Below are positions 45,152 through 54,897 of a stretch of 64,000 bases of DNA, in pieces; position 1 is the stretch's first letter, and the number at the start of each line of letters is the position of its first letter. This DNA is from an uncultured Elusimicrobia bacterium (lineage in GTDB: Bacteria; Elusimicrobiota; Elusimicrobia; 2-01-FULL-59-12). The position numbers and the translations under genes are program-made. The DNA lies in the NCBI GenBank assembly GCA_963702895.1, contig OY969767.1:1280001-1344000 (forward strand), written 5' to 3'. The notes below the pieces were generated by a model. That model was not told where the DNA came from and searched no databases. It saw only the letters and a list, made by a program, of their open reading frames with translations.

Positions 45152-46840
45152 TCAGTGCGTCTCTTGAGGAAGCCGATGATGGACAAGCTCCAGTGCGTAA
45201 GATTGTACTTGTTGGTCGAGGACGTCCTGCGACCAGCCCAGGTGCCTGCCCATGAGCTGGGCAATGCGTGAGATCACAGGTTCCGGCAAATCCCGGTAAT
45301 GGGCCCATTTCGTCCTGCGCCAGAGCAGGTCGTTGAGTGTGAGCGTCATCTCTTCGTAAACCGAATAGGGCACCTGGGCCATGATCCAGGGTTCCCCAGG
45401 GACGACCTCTTCGCTGTAATGCTCCTCGCGCTGGGTCCATTGGAGCACTTCCACATAACGTGTTCCGTACATCGAAACAAGATAATGAAGCAGAGCCTCC
45501 GAATGGGGACCCAGTTTAAAGCGTTTGGCCGCGTCTTCCGCGAAGCGTTTAAAGTCCCATAAGTCCCCCCCCGGCAGCGAGTCCCACGTGACGGCCGGAA
45601 GTCCGGCCCCTTTGCGAAGACGGTACCACGCGGCCACGGCCGCTTCATGACCCGCGGCCCGACCTGCTGTGAGCTTGACTCCCGGAATGGACCAGAAATT
45701 CGGCAGGTCTTGGGTCAGCTTGTGCTCGCGTGAAGCGTAAATCGTCGATCCTGTGTGACGAAGAAGGGGCCTAATCCCCCAATAGATGTCCCGCACATGC
45801 ACACGTTTGTAATTTTCAATAGCCTCCGCGAGGTTGTGGCCTTGCTTCAGGTAGGGAAAATAATAGAAGAGCTGATGCAGAAGTTCGGCGATGTCATGGG
45901 CATCGGCCTGGGCCTGACCGGCATCGCCCGCGATCGCCGTGTCGGTGGTGCCGACGAGCGTCCTTTCGCCATCGATCGGGATCACAAAAAACGCTTTGCC
46001 CTTCGCAGAGGAAGCCATGATCAGCGGAGCATGCACCAGATGGTCCACCACCAGGTGCACGCCTTTACTCATCTGAACCAGGTTGTCTTTGAGACCCGCT
46101 TCACGCCGCACTTGATCAATCCAGGCGCCCGTGGCATTGATCACGAGCGGCACGGTGCACTTGAAATCTTTCCCGCCCAGGAGGTCTTTCCCAAGTACGA
46201 CATTCGGGAGGTTTCCGCTGGCCTTCACCGAGGAAATCTCGCAATGCGTCAAGACGCGGGCGCCGTGCTGCGCCGCTTGCTGGGCATAGCCGAGGGTAAA
46301 GCGCGCGTCCTGAAGCTTGGCGTCAACAAAGTACTCGAGCCCCCCGAGAAGGCCCTCCATCCGGATGCCAGGAATGCGGGCTTTGACCTCATCAGCAGAA
46401 AGCCGCCGGTGCCTTCGGACCAGGGGTCGTTTGGTCACGAGGGCGTCCGCCCAACCCAAAGCATCATAGATCCAGGTGCCGAGGCGCACGACCCAGAACC
46501 GATAAGGGTCTGTTTGATAGACCGGAAGGATAAAGTTGAAGGGGTGCACCCACTGTGGAGCGAGCTCTTGCAGGCGGTAGCGCTCGCGTCCTTCATGGAA
46601 GACGTAGCCGATGCGTCCCTGGGCCAGATACCTCAAGCCTGCGTGCGCAAGACCGGTGGAATTGCCGCTCGCGCCATAGGCAAGGTCCTCTTTTTCGACG
46701 AGCAAGACGTTCAGACCCAGGCGCGCGGCATGAGCAGCCGTGCTGCAACCGGTCATGCCCCCGCCTATCACAAGAACTTCAGGTGCGGTTGATGACAGGG
46801 AGGCAAGCGCCTCCTCACGATCCTTCCAGCTAAAGGACAT
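45152..46840 (-). CDS. FAD-dependent glycerol-3-phosphate dehydrogenase/oxidase family
   Basis: IGGGMTG, HAGLRYL, NATGAW, KGVHLV, VGTTD and DLLWRRT motifs. Confidence 0.88.
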   Translation of the reverse strand: MSFSWKDREEALASLSSTAPEVLVIGGGMTGCSTAAHAARLGLNVLLVEKEDLAYGASGNSTGLAHAGLRYLAQGRIGYVFHEGRERYRLQELAPQWVHPFNFILPVYQTDPYRFWVVRLGTWIYDALGWADALVTKRPLVRRHRRLSADEVKARIPGIRMEGLLGGLEYFVDAKLQDARFTLGYAQQAAQHGARVLTHCEISSVKASGNLPNVVLGKDLLGGKDFKCTVPLVINATGAWIDQVRREAGLKDNLVQMSKGVHLVVDHLVHAPLIMASSAKGKAFFVIPIDGERTLVGTTDTAIAGDAGQAQADAHDIAELLHQLFYYFPYLKQGHNLAEAIENYKRVHVRDIYWGIRPLLRHTGSTIYASREHKLTQDLPNFWSIPGVKLTAGRAAGHEAAVAAWYRLRKGAGLPAVTWDSLPGGDLWDFKRFAEDAAKRFKLGPHSEALLHYLVSMYGTRYVEVLQWTQREEHYSEEVVPGEPWIMAQVPYSVYEEMTLTLNDLLWRRTKWAHYRDLPEPVISRIAQLMGRHLGWSQDVLDQQVQSYALELVHHRLPQETH

Positions 46841-47769
46841 TAGGCACGAGGATGATACTTTCGGTGAGCTTCCTGCAGATGGGACTGGCTCACGTGCGTA
46901 TAGATTTGCGTTGTCGCGATCGAGGCATGTCCCAACATCTCCTGCACAGCCCGAAGATCCGCACCGTTCTGGACGAGATGCGAAGCAAACGAGTGCCGCA
47001 GGGTGTGCGGTGTGACGGGTTTATGAATTCCTGCGTGGAGGGCCGCCTGCCGGATCAAGCGCCAGAATTGCACCGTGCTCATCGGCCGCTTGCGGTCGGA
47101 AACAAAGAGACTTTTGACAGAGGCTGGCGTCGACGGACGCTTTTCAAGGTAGCCACGAACCGCAAGGCGCGCGCGTTCGCCAATGGGGACGACGCGTTCC
47201 TTCCCCCCTTTGCCGTAAACCCTCACGCATCCCACCTGGAGATCGATCGCGTCCAGTCGCATTTGGGTGAGTTCGCTCACGCGAAGTCCCGCCGCATACA
47301 TGAGCTCGAGCATCGCACGGAGTCGGATAGACCTGTCCTTGGAGAGGCCCACGCCGGTGAAAAGCCGTGAGATTTCCGGAACCGTCAGATACCGCGGGAG
47401 ACGCTCGGCTATTCTGGGACCACGAAGCAGAAGTGAGGGGTCCTGGGTGATGAGTTCTTCGCGAAAGAGAAAGCGATAGAAAGTCCTCAGGCTGGCCATG
47501 TAGCGGGCGATCGATGAAGCTTGAATGCCGTTCGATTTTCTCGACCAGAGGTATTCCGTCAAGTCCTCTCGGAGCACGGTGAGCGGATCTTTGGAATGCT
47601 CGGCGAGATACCGAAGATAGGTCAAAAGATCAATCCGGTAATTGATCAGAGTCTTCGGGGAAACATCTCGTTCCACGCGAAGGTGCTGAAGAAAAGACTC
47701 GAGCAGCTCGGAGCTTTTCTTTGGCACCTCAGCGCTCACGCGCGCTGACTCAGGAGCGTTTCGCGGCAA
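46840..47769 (-). CDS. xerD: Tyrosine recombinase XerD
   Basis: [30 protein letters not shown] and [12 protein letters not shown] motifs. Confidence 0.92.
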   Translation of the reverse strand: MPRNAPESARVSAEVPKKSSELLESFLQHLRVERDVSPKTLINYRIDLLTYLRYLAEHSKDPLTVLREDLTEYLWSRKSNGIQASSIARYMASLRTFYRFLFREELITQDPSLLLRGPRIAERLPRYLTVPEISRLFTGVGLSKDRSIRLRAMLELMYAAGLRVSELTQMRLDAIDLQVGCVRVYGKGGKERVVPIGERARLAVRGYLEKRPSTPASVKSLFVSDRKRPMSTVQFWRLIRQAALHAGIHKPVTPHTLRHSFASHLVQNGADLRAVQEMLGHASIATTQIYTHVSQSHLQEAHRKYHPRA

Positions 47770-48802
47770 CGGCGTCCTTCAATTCAGTTTTCGCTGGCAA
47801 GCTCGTCTCGGGGCTGAAATATTTTTTACGTATCTCAGATTCCAGCCGATCGGCCGCTTCGGGGTGCTCTTTGAAGTAGGCGCGGGCATTGTCACGTCCT
47901 TGCCCGATGCGCTCGTCCTTCCAGAGGTACCACGAACCCGTCTTTTCCAGGATCGCGGCCTCGACACCAGCGTCGACGAGGCACCCTTCGCGCGAGACGC
48001 CTTCCCCATAGTACATCTCAAACTCTGCCTGCCGGAAAGGAGGCGCCATCTTATTCTTCACGACTTTGACCCGTATGCGGCTGCCCACCACAACATCGCC
48101 GGACTTCACGGCTTCGATACGACGAATATCGAGCCTCAGTGAAGAATAAAACTTGAGCGCCAAGCCGCCGGGCGTGGTTTCAGGATTGCCAAACATGACG
48201 CCAATCTTGTGCCGAAGCTGGTTGATGAAGACGAGCGTCGTTTTGGATTTCGACAGTGTCCCGGTGAGCTTTCGCAGGGCCTGAGACATGAGTCGGGCCT
48301 GCATGCCCATCTGCTGATCGCCCATTTCCCCTTCGATTTCAGAGCGGGGCACAAGGGCCGCGACCGAATCGATGACGATGATATCGACGGCACCGGAGCG
48401 GATGAGCGTCTCGGTGATCTCCAGCGCCTGCTCGCCAGAATCGGGCTGAGAGATGAGAAGGTTATCGATATCAACCCCGAGGCGTTTGGCATAGGCCGGG
48501 TCCATGGCATGTTCCGCGTCAATAAAGGCCGCGACGCCACCCTGTTTTTGGGCGTTGGCGACCATATGGAGCGTGAGCGTCGTTTTGCCTGACGATTCCG
48601 GGCCATAAATCTCGACGACTCGACCACGGGGGACGCCGCCAATCCCAATCGCGATATCCAAAGGAAGCGCGCCTGTGGGGATGGCCTCAATTTGCACTTT
48701 GGTTGATTTATCACCCAGTTTCATGATCGCTTCCTTCCCAAAGTCCTTCTCGATCTGAATGAGTGCGAGCTCTAAAGCCTTCATACGTTCATCTTTTGCC
48801 AT
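47750..48802 (-). CDS. recA: Recombinase RecA
   Basis: [17 protein letters not shown] and [11 protein letters not shown] motifs. Confidence 0.99.
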   Translation of the reverse strand: MAKDERMKALELALIQIEKDFGKEAIMKLGDKSTKVQIEAIPTGALPLDIAIGIGGVPRGRVVEIYGPESSGKTTLTLHMVANAQKQGGVAAFIDAEHAMDPAYAKRLGVDIDNLLISQPDSGEQALEITETLIRSGAVDIIVIDSVAALVPRSEIEGEMGDQQMGMQARLMSQALRKLTGTLSKSKTTLVFINQLRHKIGVMFGNPETTPGGLALKFYSSLRLDIRRIEAVKSGDVVVGSRIRVKVVKNKMAPPFRQAEFEMYYGEGVSREGCLVDAGVEAAILEKTGSWYLWKDERIGQGRDNARAYFKEHPEAADRLESEIRKKYFSPETSLPAKTELKDAVAAKRS

Positions 48803-48864
48803 GGGTGGCTCCTTTTAGAATGATGTGACCCCCTACTCCTTAGATGCAAAATCGCGAATTTTAT

Positions 48865-49788
48865 TCATTCCGACTGTCTGGCGACATCGCCAGCGGAAGG
48901 CATCGCGCCACTCGAAAGCTTGGCGACCGACCCATCCTCCCCGAAGAAGCGAATGACCTTCATCTCTCCGATCTTTTCTTCGGCATTGCCGATCACAAGC
49001 CCCGTGGTCGGGTCTTTAATGACCTTGCCCGCGCGCAAGACGATCAACTTTTGGCCAAGGGGTACGCCGGACTCGCTGCCCGCGTTGAGATAGATACTCT
49101 CACCGTCCACATCGGCCACACGGCAGCTCCAGGGCTTCTTTTCGACCTGAGCCACAATGTTGTTCATGAATTTCACAATCGCCGCGCGAAGGGCCTCCTG
49201 CTCCAGAGACTCATCGTAGCCCGCGCGTGTGCCGAGGCCCAGCACACCGCCTGATTTTTTGACCCCAAGGCCGGAGCCGGAATCCGCGTAAAGCACTTGA
49301 CCTGTCTCGGCGTCCACAACACGGATATCGACGGTGGCCTTGACGATCTGGCGTTTGGACTGAGCGATCAGATATTCCGAGCCTTCGGTGGATGTCCCAA
49401 ACTCTGAAATCGCTCCGGTCACGATGGCGTTGAGTCCTAGGATCTTTCCGACCCGGGCCGCGGTGGCCGGGTCAATGGCGCCCGTCATGGCCAGTTTTTG
49501 CTCGCCCATGATGGTGTTGAGCTTGTCGCGCTCGACCACGATAAATTTGCCAGATTTGGCGAGTTCCGTAATGAGGATGTCGGAGGTGGCGCTGCCTAAG
49601 CGGTTTTCGCCGTATTTCGTTTTGTTTTGGAAATCGAGCACCCCCACCCGCCTTTTAAGCCCCACCATTCCCTTCGGCTTTTCAATCGTCATGGTTTCTT
49701 TTTGTTTCACTTTGGTGCTGGGCGCGCACCCAGGATAAACGGCCACCAGACTCACCAGCATCAGACTGAAGTATCGCGAGTTTCTCAT
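48865..49788 (-). CDS. CsgG/HfaB-family lipoprotein with FlgT-C-like C-terminal domain
   Basis: YPGC lipobox, FIVVERDKL..IMGEQ, GAISEFG, DIRVVDAETG and IYLNAGS motifs. Confidence 0.85.
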   Translation of the reverse strand: MRNSRYFSLMLVSLVAVYPGCAPSTKVKQKETMTIEKPKGMVGLKRRVGVLDFQNKTKYGENRLGSATSDILITELAKSGKFIVVERDKLNTIMGEQKLAMTGAIDPATAARVGKILGLNAIVTGAISEFGTSTEGSEYLIAQSKRQIVKATVDIRVVDAETGQVLYADSGSGLGVKKSGGVLGLGTRAGYDESLEQEALRAAIVKFMNNIVAQVEKKPWSCRVADVDGESIYLNAGSESGVPLGQKLIVLRAGKVIKDPTTGLVIGNAEEKIGEMKVIRFFGEDGSVAKLSSGAMPSAGDVARQSE

Positions 49789-49804
49789 AATCATCTCCTT
49801 CACG

Positions 49805-50416
49805 TTAGGGTAACGTCTCGAGCAGCCTTCGCACGGCAATGCTCGATTCGAACTGGAGCGGAACATGGAGCGTTTTCTCCAGTGCTTGGACTCCGAGCTG
49901 CGTAAAAAAATGGTCCTGGGCTTCCTTGTTACTCGTGGCAATATTGAGCGTCATCCAAGTCCGCTCAGACTCCCAAAGCTTTTCTCCGCTGGTCGCGTTC
50001 ACGAGCTTTCCGTGGACCGTCACTTTTCTTTGCCAGTAATAACCCAGGTTGATGTAGCTAAAATTGACGAGCGTGCCATAGAAGAGGCCATCGGCCGCAA
50101 GCCACTCGCCCAGCTTCTCAGGACTTGCCGCACCCAGTTGCCCGCCATCCGTAAATCCTTGAGCGAGAAGCTTTTCATCGATCTCCCCCGTCGGAACGAG
50201 CGAATGGCCGCGAGCAGACAAGGCCTCAAAGATCAACTTTCGGATAAACGGCGGACCATCCAGGTCCGTGGTTTCATTGGCCATGGGAAGCACCGCGACT
50301 CTTTGCGGCGCCTTGTAATCCTTGGCAAGGTAGACTTTCGGGCCCGCGCAACCCAAGACTCCGAACCCCAGAGCCAACAGGACTGCCCGGAAGGTGACAT
50401 CGCGTCCTGGCCACAC
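49805..50416 (-). CDS. DUF799/GNA1162-like lipoprotein
   Basis: VLGC lipobox, VAVLPMANET, ADGLFYG and SGEKLW motifs. Confidence 0.75.
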   Translation of the reverse strand: MWPGRDVTFRAVLLALGFGVLGCAGPKVYLAKDYKAPQRVAVLPMANETTDLDGPPFIRKLIFEALSARGHSLVPTGEIDEKLLAQGFTDGGQLGAASPEKLGEWLAADGLFYGTLVNFSYINLGYYWQRKVTVHGKLVNATSGEKLWESERTWMTLNIATSNKEAQDHFFTQLGVQALEKTLHVPLQFESSIAVRRLLETLP

Positions 50417-50434
50417 GAGAAGTCCTTTCGAACG

Positions 50435-51568
50435 CTATCGTCCTGCCTGTGAGGCGTTGAGCTGGATGGCTCGCCCTGTGACTTGGTAAACAGACCAATC
50501 GGGACCGCCGCTTTTGACCGCGTGATCCGCCAGTTCCTGGGGGCTGATCTGGTCCGCCATCACATCCAGGACCGCCACGCCCGACTCCTGACTATACGAT
50601 CGAAGATATAAATCCTTAACCCCTGGAACAGCGAGCAGGGACTTTTCAAATTGCGACAGGACACTGAAGGACTTGAGACCGGTCACCGTGATATCCATGT
50701 GTGCGCGTTTGGATAGCTCCTGTGGCAGGTTGGCAATTTCTTTGGCCGCCAGTTTTGCCGCGGCTTCAAAAGCCTTCTGTGCGGCGATCTCGGGCGTCCC
50801 CTCGAGGCCACTGGCAACCTGAGAAACCGTCTGCATCACTTCTCCGGTCCCGACTTCGATCACTCGGAAAGTGAGCGTCGCACGGAAGGAGGCCATTCCG
50901 CCCAATTTCTTCTCTTCGCCGAGCGACTGAGCTCTGGCAAAACCAGCCATGAGAAGTTCGGCCACGCTCCGCTTAAGATCTTTCGCAAGGACCACAGGAT
51001 CGGCGTCTTGATCGACAGTGGAGGGCAGGCTGACGACCTTGAATCCGTTGTCGAGGAGGACTTGGGTGAGCGCGCGATTGGCAGAGCCATCAGCACTGGA
51101 GCGCTCCCTGATGTACTCCTGCAGGAGGATCGCGACTCGGGGGTGGCTCAAGGAAGCATGGCGCAAGAGTCCACGAGAGTCCAACGCATCACGCAACTCT
51201 TGGGTGGAGACCAAGGCGCGGATCTTGAGCTTATACCACTCATCGGAACGCCCTTCACTAAGGACCTCATAACGCTTGACATAACCGTTCGAACGCGTGA
51301 GGATGTTCTGTTCAATAGCCACCGCTTTCTCCACCCGGGTGCTCGCGCTCACATAAACACCCACCACAAGGTCAACAGCCGCGCGTTGGGCCGCGGCAAG
51401 AGCGGCGGCCCTTGTGCCAGGCAAATCATCCGCCCGGTAGGGTGCCATTCCTTCGGCTTCGACGACTTCCCCGTCGACGGTTTTGCCTGTTTTTAAATGC
51501 TGCTGACTGCCAGCACAAGCCGAGAGCATGAGCGCCGAGGCGACCAAGACGGAAGAGAGGTGTTTCAT
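50435..51568 (-). CDS. Lipoprotein with FlgT-N/LPP20-like domain
   Basis: LSAC lipobox; VEAEG..A...ALAAAQRAAV...GVYV pattern. Confidence 0.7.
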   Translation of the reverse strand: MKHLSSVLVASALMLSACAGSQQHLKTGKTVDGEVVEAEGMAPYRADDLPGTRAAALAAAQRAAVDLVVGVYVSASTRVEKAVAIEQNILTRSNGYVKRYEVLSEGRSDEWYKLKIRALVSTQELRDALDSRGLLRHASLSHPRVAILLQEYIRERSSADGSANRALTQVLLDNGFKVVSLPSTVDQDADPVVLAKDLKRSVAELLMAGFARAQSLGEEKKLGGMASFRATLTFRVIEVGTGEVMQTVSQVASGLEGTPEIAAQKAFEAAAKLAAKEIANLPQELSKRAHMDITVTGLKSFSVLSQFEKSLLAVPGVKDLYLRSYSQESGVAVLDVMADQISPQELADHAVKSGGPDWSVYQVTGRAIQLNASQAGR

Positions 51569-52017
51569 GACTTTAACTTGAGGCCGGCGCCTTCCAGCTT
51601 CTTCTTCTCCAGCCGCAAGGTCACGACACAACCATCATCGTTGGTCCACTCGGATTTCACAATTTCCGCCCCTTTGATCACTTCCTTGAGGTAGGTTTCG
51701 ATTTTGGAGTCCGTCTCCATGGCTTTTTCGACGGTGATGCCACCTTCCAGCTGCACCCCCTTCACATAAGAGAGCATCTCATACTGCGCCTGAACGATGG
51801 CCGCATCGCGTGAGGTGGCCCGTCGTTGGGTGGTGTTGGCTAGCGTCGCGTCCGCCGCGCCGATGCCGAGGGCTTCGAAATATTTAGAGCTTTCCGCCTG
51901 CTGGGTGATGGTTTTTTGGATCTCGCCCTCTTTGACATACGCCTTGCCGCCGCAACCGGAGAGCACCAGCGGCAGGACAAAGGAAAGGGAACCTGAAACA
52001 ATTTTGAAACGTCTCAT
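51565..52017 (-). CDS. LPP20-like lipoprotein
   Basis: LSGC lipobox; ALGIG...RDAA..AQ...VKGV...IKGA pattern; GGAGG RBS. Confidence 0.72.
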   Translation of the reverse strand: MRRFKIVSGSLSFVLPLVLSGCGGKAYVKEGEIQKTITQQAESSKYFEALGIGAADATLANTTQRRATSRDAAIVQAQYEMLSYVKGVQLEGGITVEKAMETDSKIETYLKEVIKGAEIVKSEWTNDDGCVVTLRLEKKKLEGAGLKLKS

Positions 52018-52118
52018 GCTTGCACCTCCGCGAAGGGATTCTGTCGCATCAGTCTAACAAAAAAAAGGACATGGGATCGATAGGCTTGGGCCCCCTCGAT
52101 TTCGTACGATGGCAACGC

Positions 52119-53345
52119 ATGAAAATCTTTCGCGTCATCGGCGTGCTCGCGGCCGGGGGTTTATACGTTGGGGCCTGCCGCTCGGATGTGGTACCGCCCG
52201 ACTTGGAGTCTGCGGAGGTCCTTTACTCCTCCGGCACGATCGGCACAGGAGGTTCGCTTTCCGACGTTCTCGGACGAGCAGGCATCTCGCCTGCAGAGGC
52301 TTCCCTGACGCAACTCGCGCTTAAACCCCACGTCAACCCCAAGCGGATGAAGCCCCGCGATCGTTATGAGATTCACCAAACGACCACTTCGAAGCTCCTC
52401 CAGCTCACCTACTGGCCCAATAACTTCGAGTTTTTCATGGTGCGTCCTTCGACCGCGGGCACGTTTATCGTTGTCGCTGAGAAGGTTCGCACAACAGAAG
52501 TCACCATGGGTGCAAGCGGCAGGATCCAAGTTTCTCTTTGGGATGCGATGACCGCGCAGGGGGTCCCCCCGGAGATGATCTACCGGTTTGCCGATCTCTT
52601 CGGCTGGAGAATTGACTTTCTGACGGAGCCCCGAGCAGGAGACACCTATAAACTCATCTGGAAGCGTTCCAACTCACCCCAAGCCCATCAGGACCGCGAC
52701 ATCGTTTGTGCGCTTTATCACGGGAAAGAGACGGGCGTGGTCTATGCCTTCCGTTTTGGCAGTGAATATTTTGATGAGAAAGGGGACTCGCTCCGTGGGG
52801 AGTTTTTGCGTGCGCCGCTGGCGTATCGGCGTATCTCCTCGCGCTACACCCATGCCCGCTTTCATCCTATCCTGCGCTACTGGCGACCCCACCATGGTAT
52901 TGACTATGCGGCGGCGCGCGGGACTCCGGTGGTGAGCATTGGCGATGGAACGGTGATTTCCAAAGGGTACCACGGTGGGCTTGGCAACCAGATCCGGATC
53001 CGTCACGCGGGCAGTTACGTCTCCATTTACGGCCATCTCATGGGATTTGCGCGCGGCCTGCATGTCGGAAGCTCCGTCCGACAAGGCCAAGTGGTGGGCT
53101 ATGTTGGCTCCACAGGCCTCTCGACAGGCCCGCATCTTCATTTGGGTCTGGAACGTTCCGGTCAGATGATCAACTTCATCACCCTTAAATCGTCCCTGAA
53201 ACGACGAAGCGTCGCCGCCTTCGATCGGGAGCGCTATCGAGAGATGAAGAAGTTTGGCTTTTCTCTCTTCGCCCAGCTTCCCGCGGGCGGCTCCGCTGTC
53301 AAAGAACTGAACCCCTCCTCGTCCCTTAGCGCACGTTCACATTAA
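52119..53345 (+). CDS. M23 family metalloendopeptidase (MepM-like)
   Basis: RISSRY...HPIL, HHGIDYAA and STGPHLH motifs. Start reassigned to ATG 52119. Confidence 0.93.
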   Translation: MKIFRVIGVLAAGGLYVGACRSDVVPPDLESAEVLYSSGTIGTGGSLSDVLGRAGISPAEASLTQLALKPHVNPKRMKPRDRYEIHQTTTSKLLQLTYWPNNFEFFMVRPSTAGTFIVVAEKVRTTEVTMGASGRIQVSLWDAMTAQGVPPEMIYRFADLFGWRIDFLTEPRAGDTYKLIWKRSNSPQAHQDRDIVCALYHGKETGVVYAFRFGSEYFDEKGDSLRGEFLRAPLAYRRISSRYTHARFHPILRYWRPHHGIDYAAARGTPVVSIGDGTVISKGYHGGLGNQIRIRHAGSYVSIYGHLMGFARGLHVGSSVRQGQVVGYVGSTGLSTGPHLHLGLERSGQMINFITLKSSLKRRSVAAFDRERYREMKKFGFSLFAQLPAGGSAVKELNPSSSLSARSH

Positions 53346-54897
53346 TTTCCCCTAAACTATTCCTGGGATCGGGTTCCAGCGACTTGATCACGGGGGAGGC
53401 CCCCTCCTGGAGTGCAATCTCTGGCGGCGCTTGCGCCATCACGATCTGATGGAGGCGTTTCAGACCCATGGGCTTGTTGGTCGTCGAGTTCGGTTTCGTG
53501 GCACGAGGTCCTGCTCTGACCTCGATGATGAGCCCCGGCCCTTTCTGCTCTTGCCCGATCGGAATCAATCGCTCGTGAGCATAAGGGACGGGCTCATGCT
53601 CACTCGCCGCTCGGGACAGGGTCTTCTTCGCCGGGAGGGTCGGGGAGGCAGACTTGGCACTCGAGAGTTCAGGTCCCTTCGGCTTGGCACGAGACAAGAC
53701 CGGAGGCCTCGCGGTCGTCGACGCGGCGATCGGCTCGGACGCACGCGTTTGGGGTTTTTTCTGAGAGCGCCTGGCGAGTGATTGAATGCGTGACAAGACT
53801 TCGCGGTTCACCGTTCGTCCATTCAAAACGACTTGCTTCAACGATCGGATCTCGCAGAGGGTCGACAGCTCAGCGCTGGAGAGGTTCGTCCAGCCTAGGG
53901 AAATCGTTTCAAGATTGCGCATGCGCACCAGGCTCGCGAGACCTTCATGGGTGATGCGAGTTCCGCTGAGTTCCAGTGTTTTGAGCTTCGGGAGGGTCGC
54001 GACCACCGCCATCGCTTGATCGTCGATCTTGGTACCGCTGAGCGCTAAGTCCGTCAGACGCCGTGTTGAGCCAAGGGCGTGCAAGCCCCGGTTCGAGATC
54101 GCCGTGCCGCTTAAATCAAGGCTGCGCAACTTCTTCATACGGGAAATCGATCTCAGCCCCTTGTCCGTAAGATGCTTCGGCACGTAAAGGACCTCAAGGC
54201 GCGGAAGGGCTTCCAGATCGGCAAATCCTTGGTCGGTGATCGCCGTGCCGCTGATATCGAGCTGACGCAAGGAAGCCATCGATCCGAGCACAGGGACCCC
54301 GCGGTCGGTGATGGCTGTATCGCTCAGATCAAGCACCGTCAGGGCAGGGAGGGCTTTTAAGAGCTCGAGCCCCGCATCGGTGATACGTGCGCGCGGCAGC
54401 TCGAGCGCCTTCAGATGCTGGAGCGACTGAGTCTGAAGGAGTCCCTTGTCCGTGGTCTGGCTGTTCAAAGCCAGGATCTCCAGCGCCGGAAGCGAGCGAA
54501 GCACGTCAAGGCCCCGGTCGGTGGTTTTGGTGTTGTTGAGGCGAAGAATTTTAAGGAACGGGGCATCGCGCAGGGTGCTCAGAGTCTGGTCCGCGACGTC
54601 CCAGCGATCGGAGAGATCAAGACCTGGAAATCGGTTCTCTTTGATCTCGAGGATCAGCTGGGCGTAGTCTTTGGCGGACATGGAGCGGTCGGGCCGCACA
54701 AACCACGTGTCCGAAGCGGGCACCTCGACAACATTATCAAGCTTCGAAGACGTAAACCCCAGGTAGCGAGAGGGGCGATCAAAAGAAGTCACTTCGTAAA
54801 ACTTCAGATCCTGGAATGAGCGAACGATCGCCGCAGACGCGGGACAACTCAGCGTCACAACAGACAGCGCCGTTATGAAGGACGATCGCGCTCTCAT
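53326..54897 (-). CDS. Secreted leucine-rich repeat protein with low-complexity C-terminal region
   Basis: Signal peptide and about 11 repeats of LxxLxLSxTxITDxGL. Start reassigned to ATG 54897, coupled to the upstream stop. Confidence 0.88.
   Translation of the reverse strand: MRARSSFITALSVVTLSCPASAAIVRSFQDLKFYEVTSFDRPSRYLGFTSSKLDNVVEVPASDTWFVRPDRSMSAKDYAQLILEIKENRFPGLDLSDRWDVADQTLSTLRDAPFLKILRLNNTKTTDRGLDVLRSLPALEILALNSQTTDKGLLQTQSLQHLKALELPRARITDAGLELLKALPALTVLDLSDTAITDRGVPVLGSMASLRQLDISGTAITDQGFADLEALPRLEVLYVPKHLTDKGLRSISRMKKLRSLDLSGTAISNRGLHALGSTRRLTDLALSGTKIDDQAMAVVATLPKLKTLELSGTRITHEGLASLVRMRNLETISLGWTNLSSAELSTLCEIRSLKQVVLNGRTVNREVLSRIQSLARRSQKKPQTRASEPIAASTTARPPVLSRAKPKGPELSSAKSASPTLPAKKTLSRAASEHEPVPYAHERLIPIGQEQKGPGLIIEVRAGPRATKPNSTTNKPMGLKRLHQIVMAQAPPEIALQEGASPVIKSLEPDPRNSLGEINVNVR

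Noticed and set aside
46840..47769. Tyrosine recombinase as a phage or island integrase
   Set aside because: Size and motifs fit chromosomal XerD, it is in an operon with recA, and there are no att sites or phage genes.
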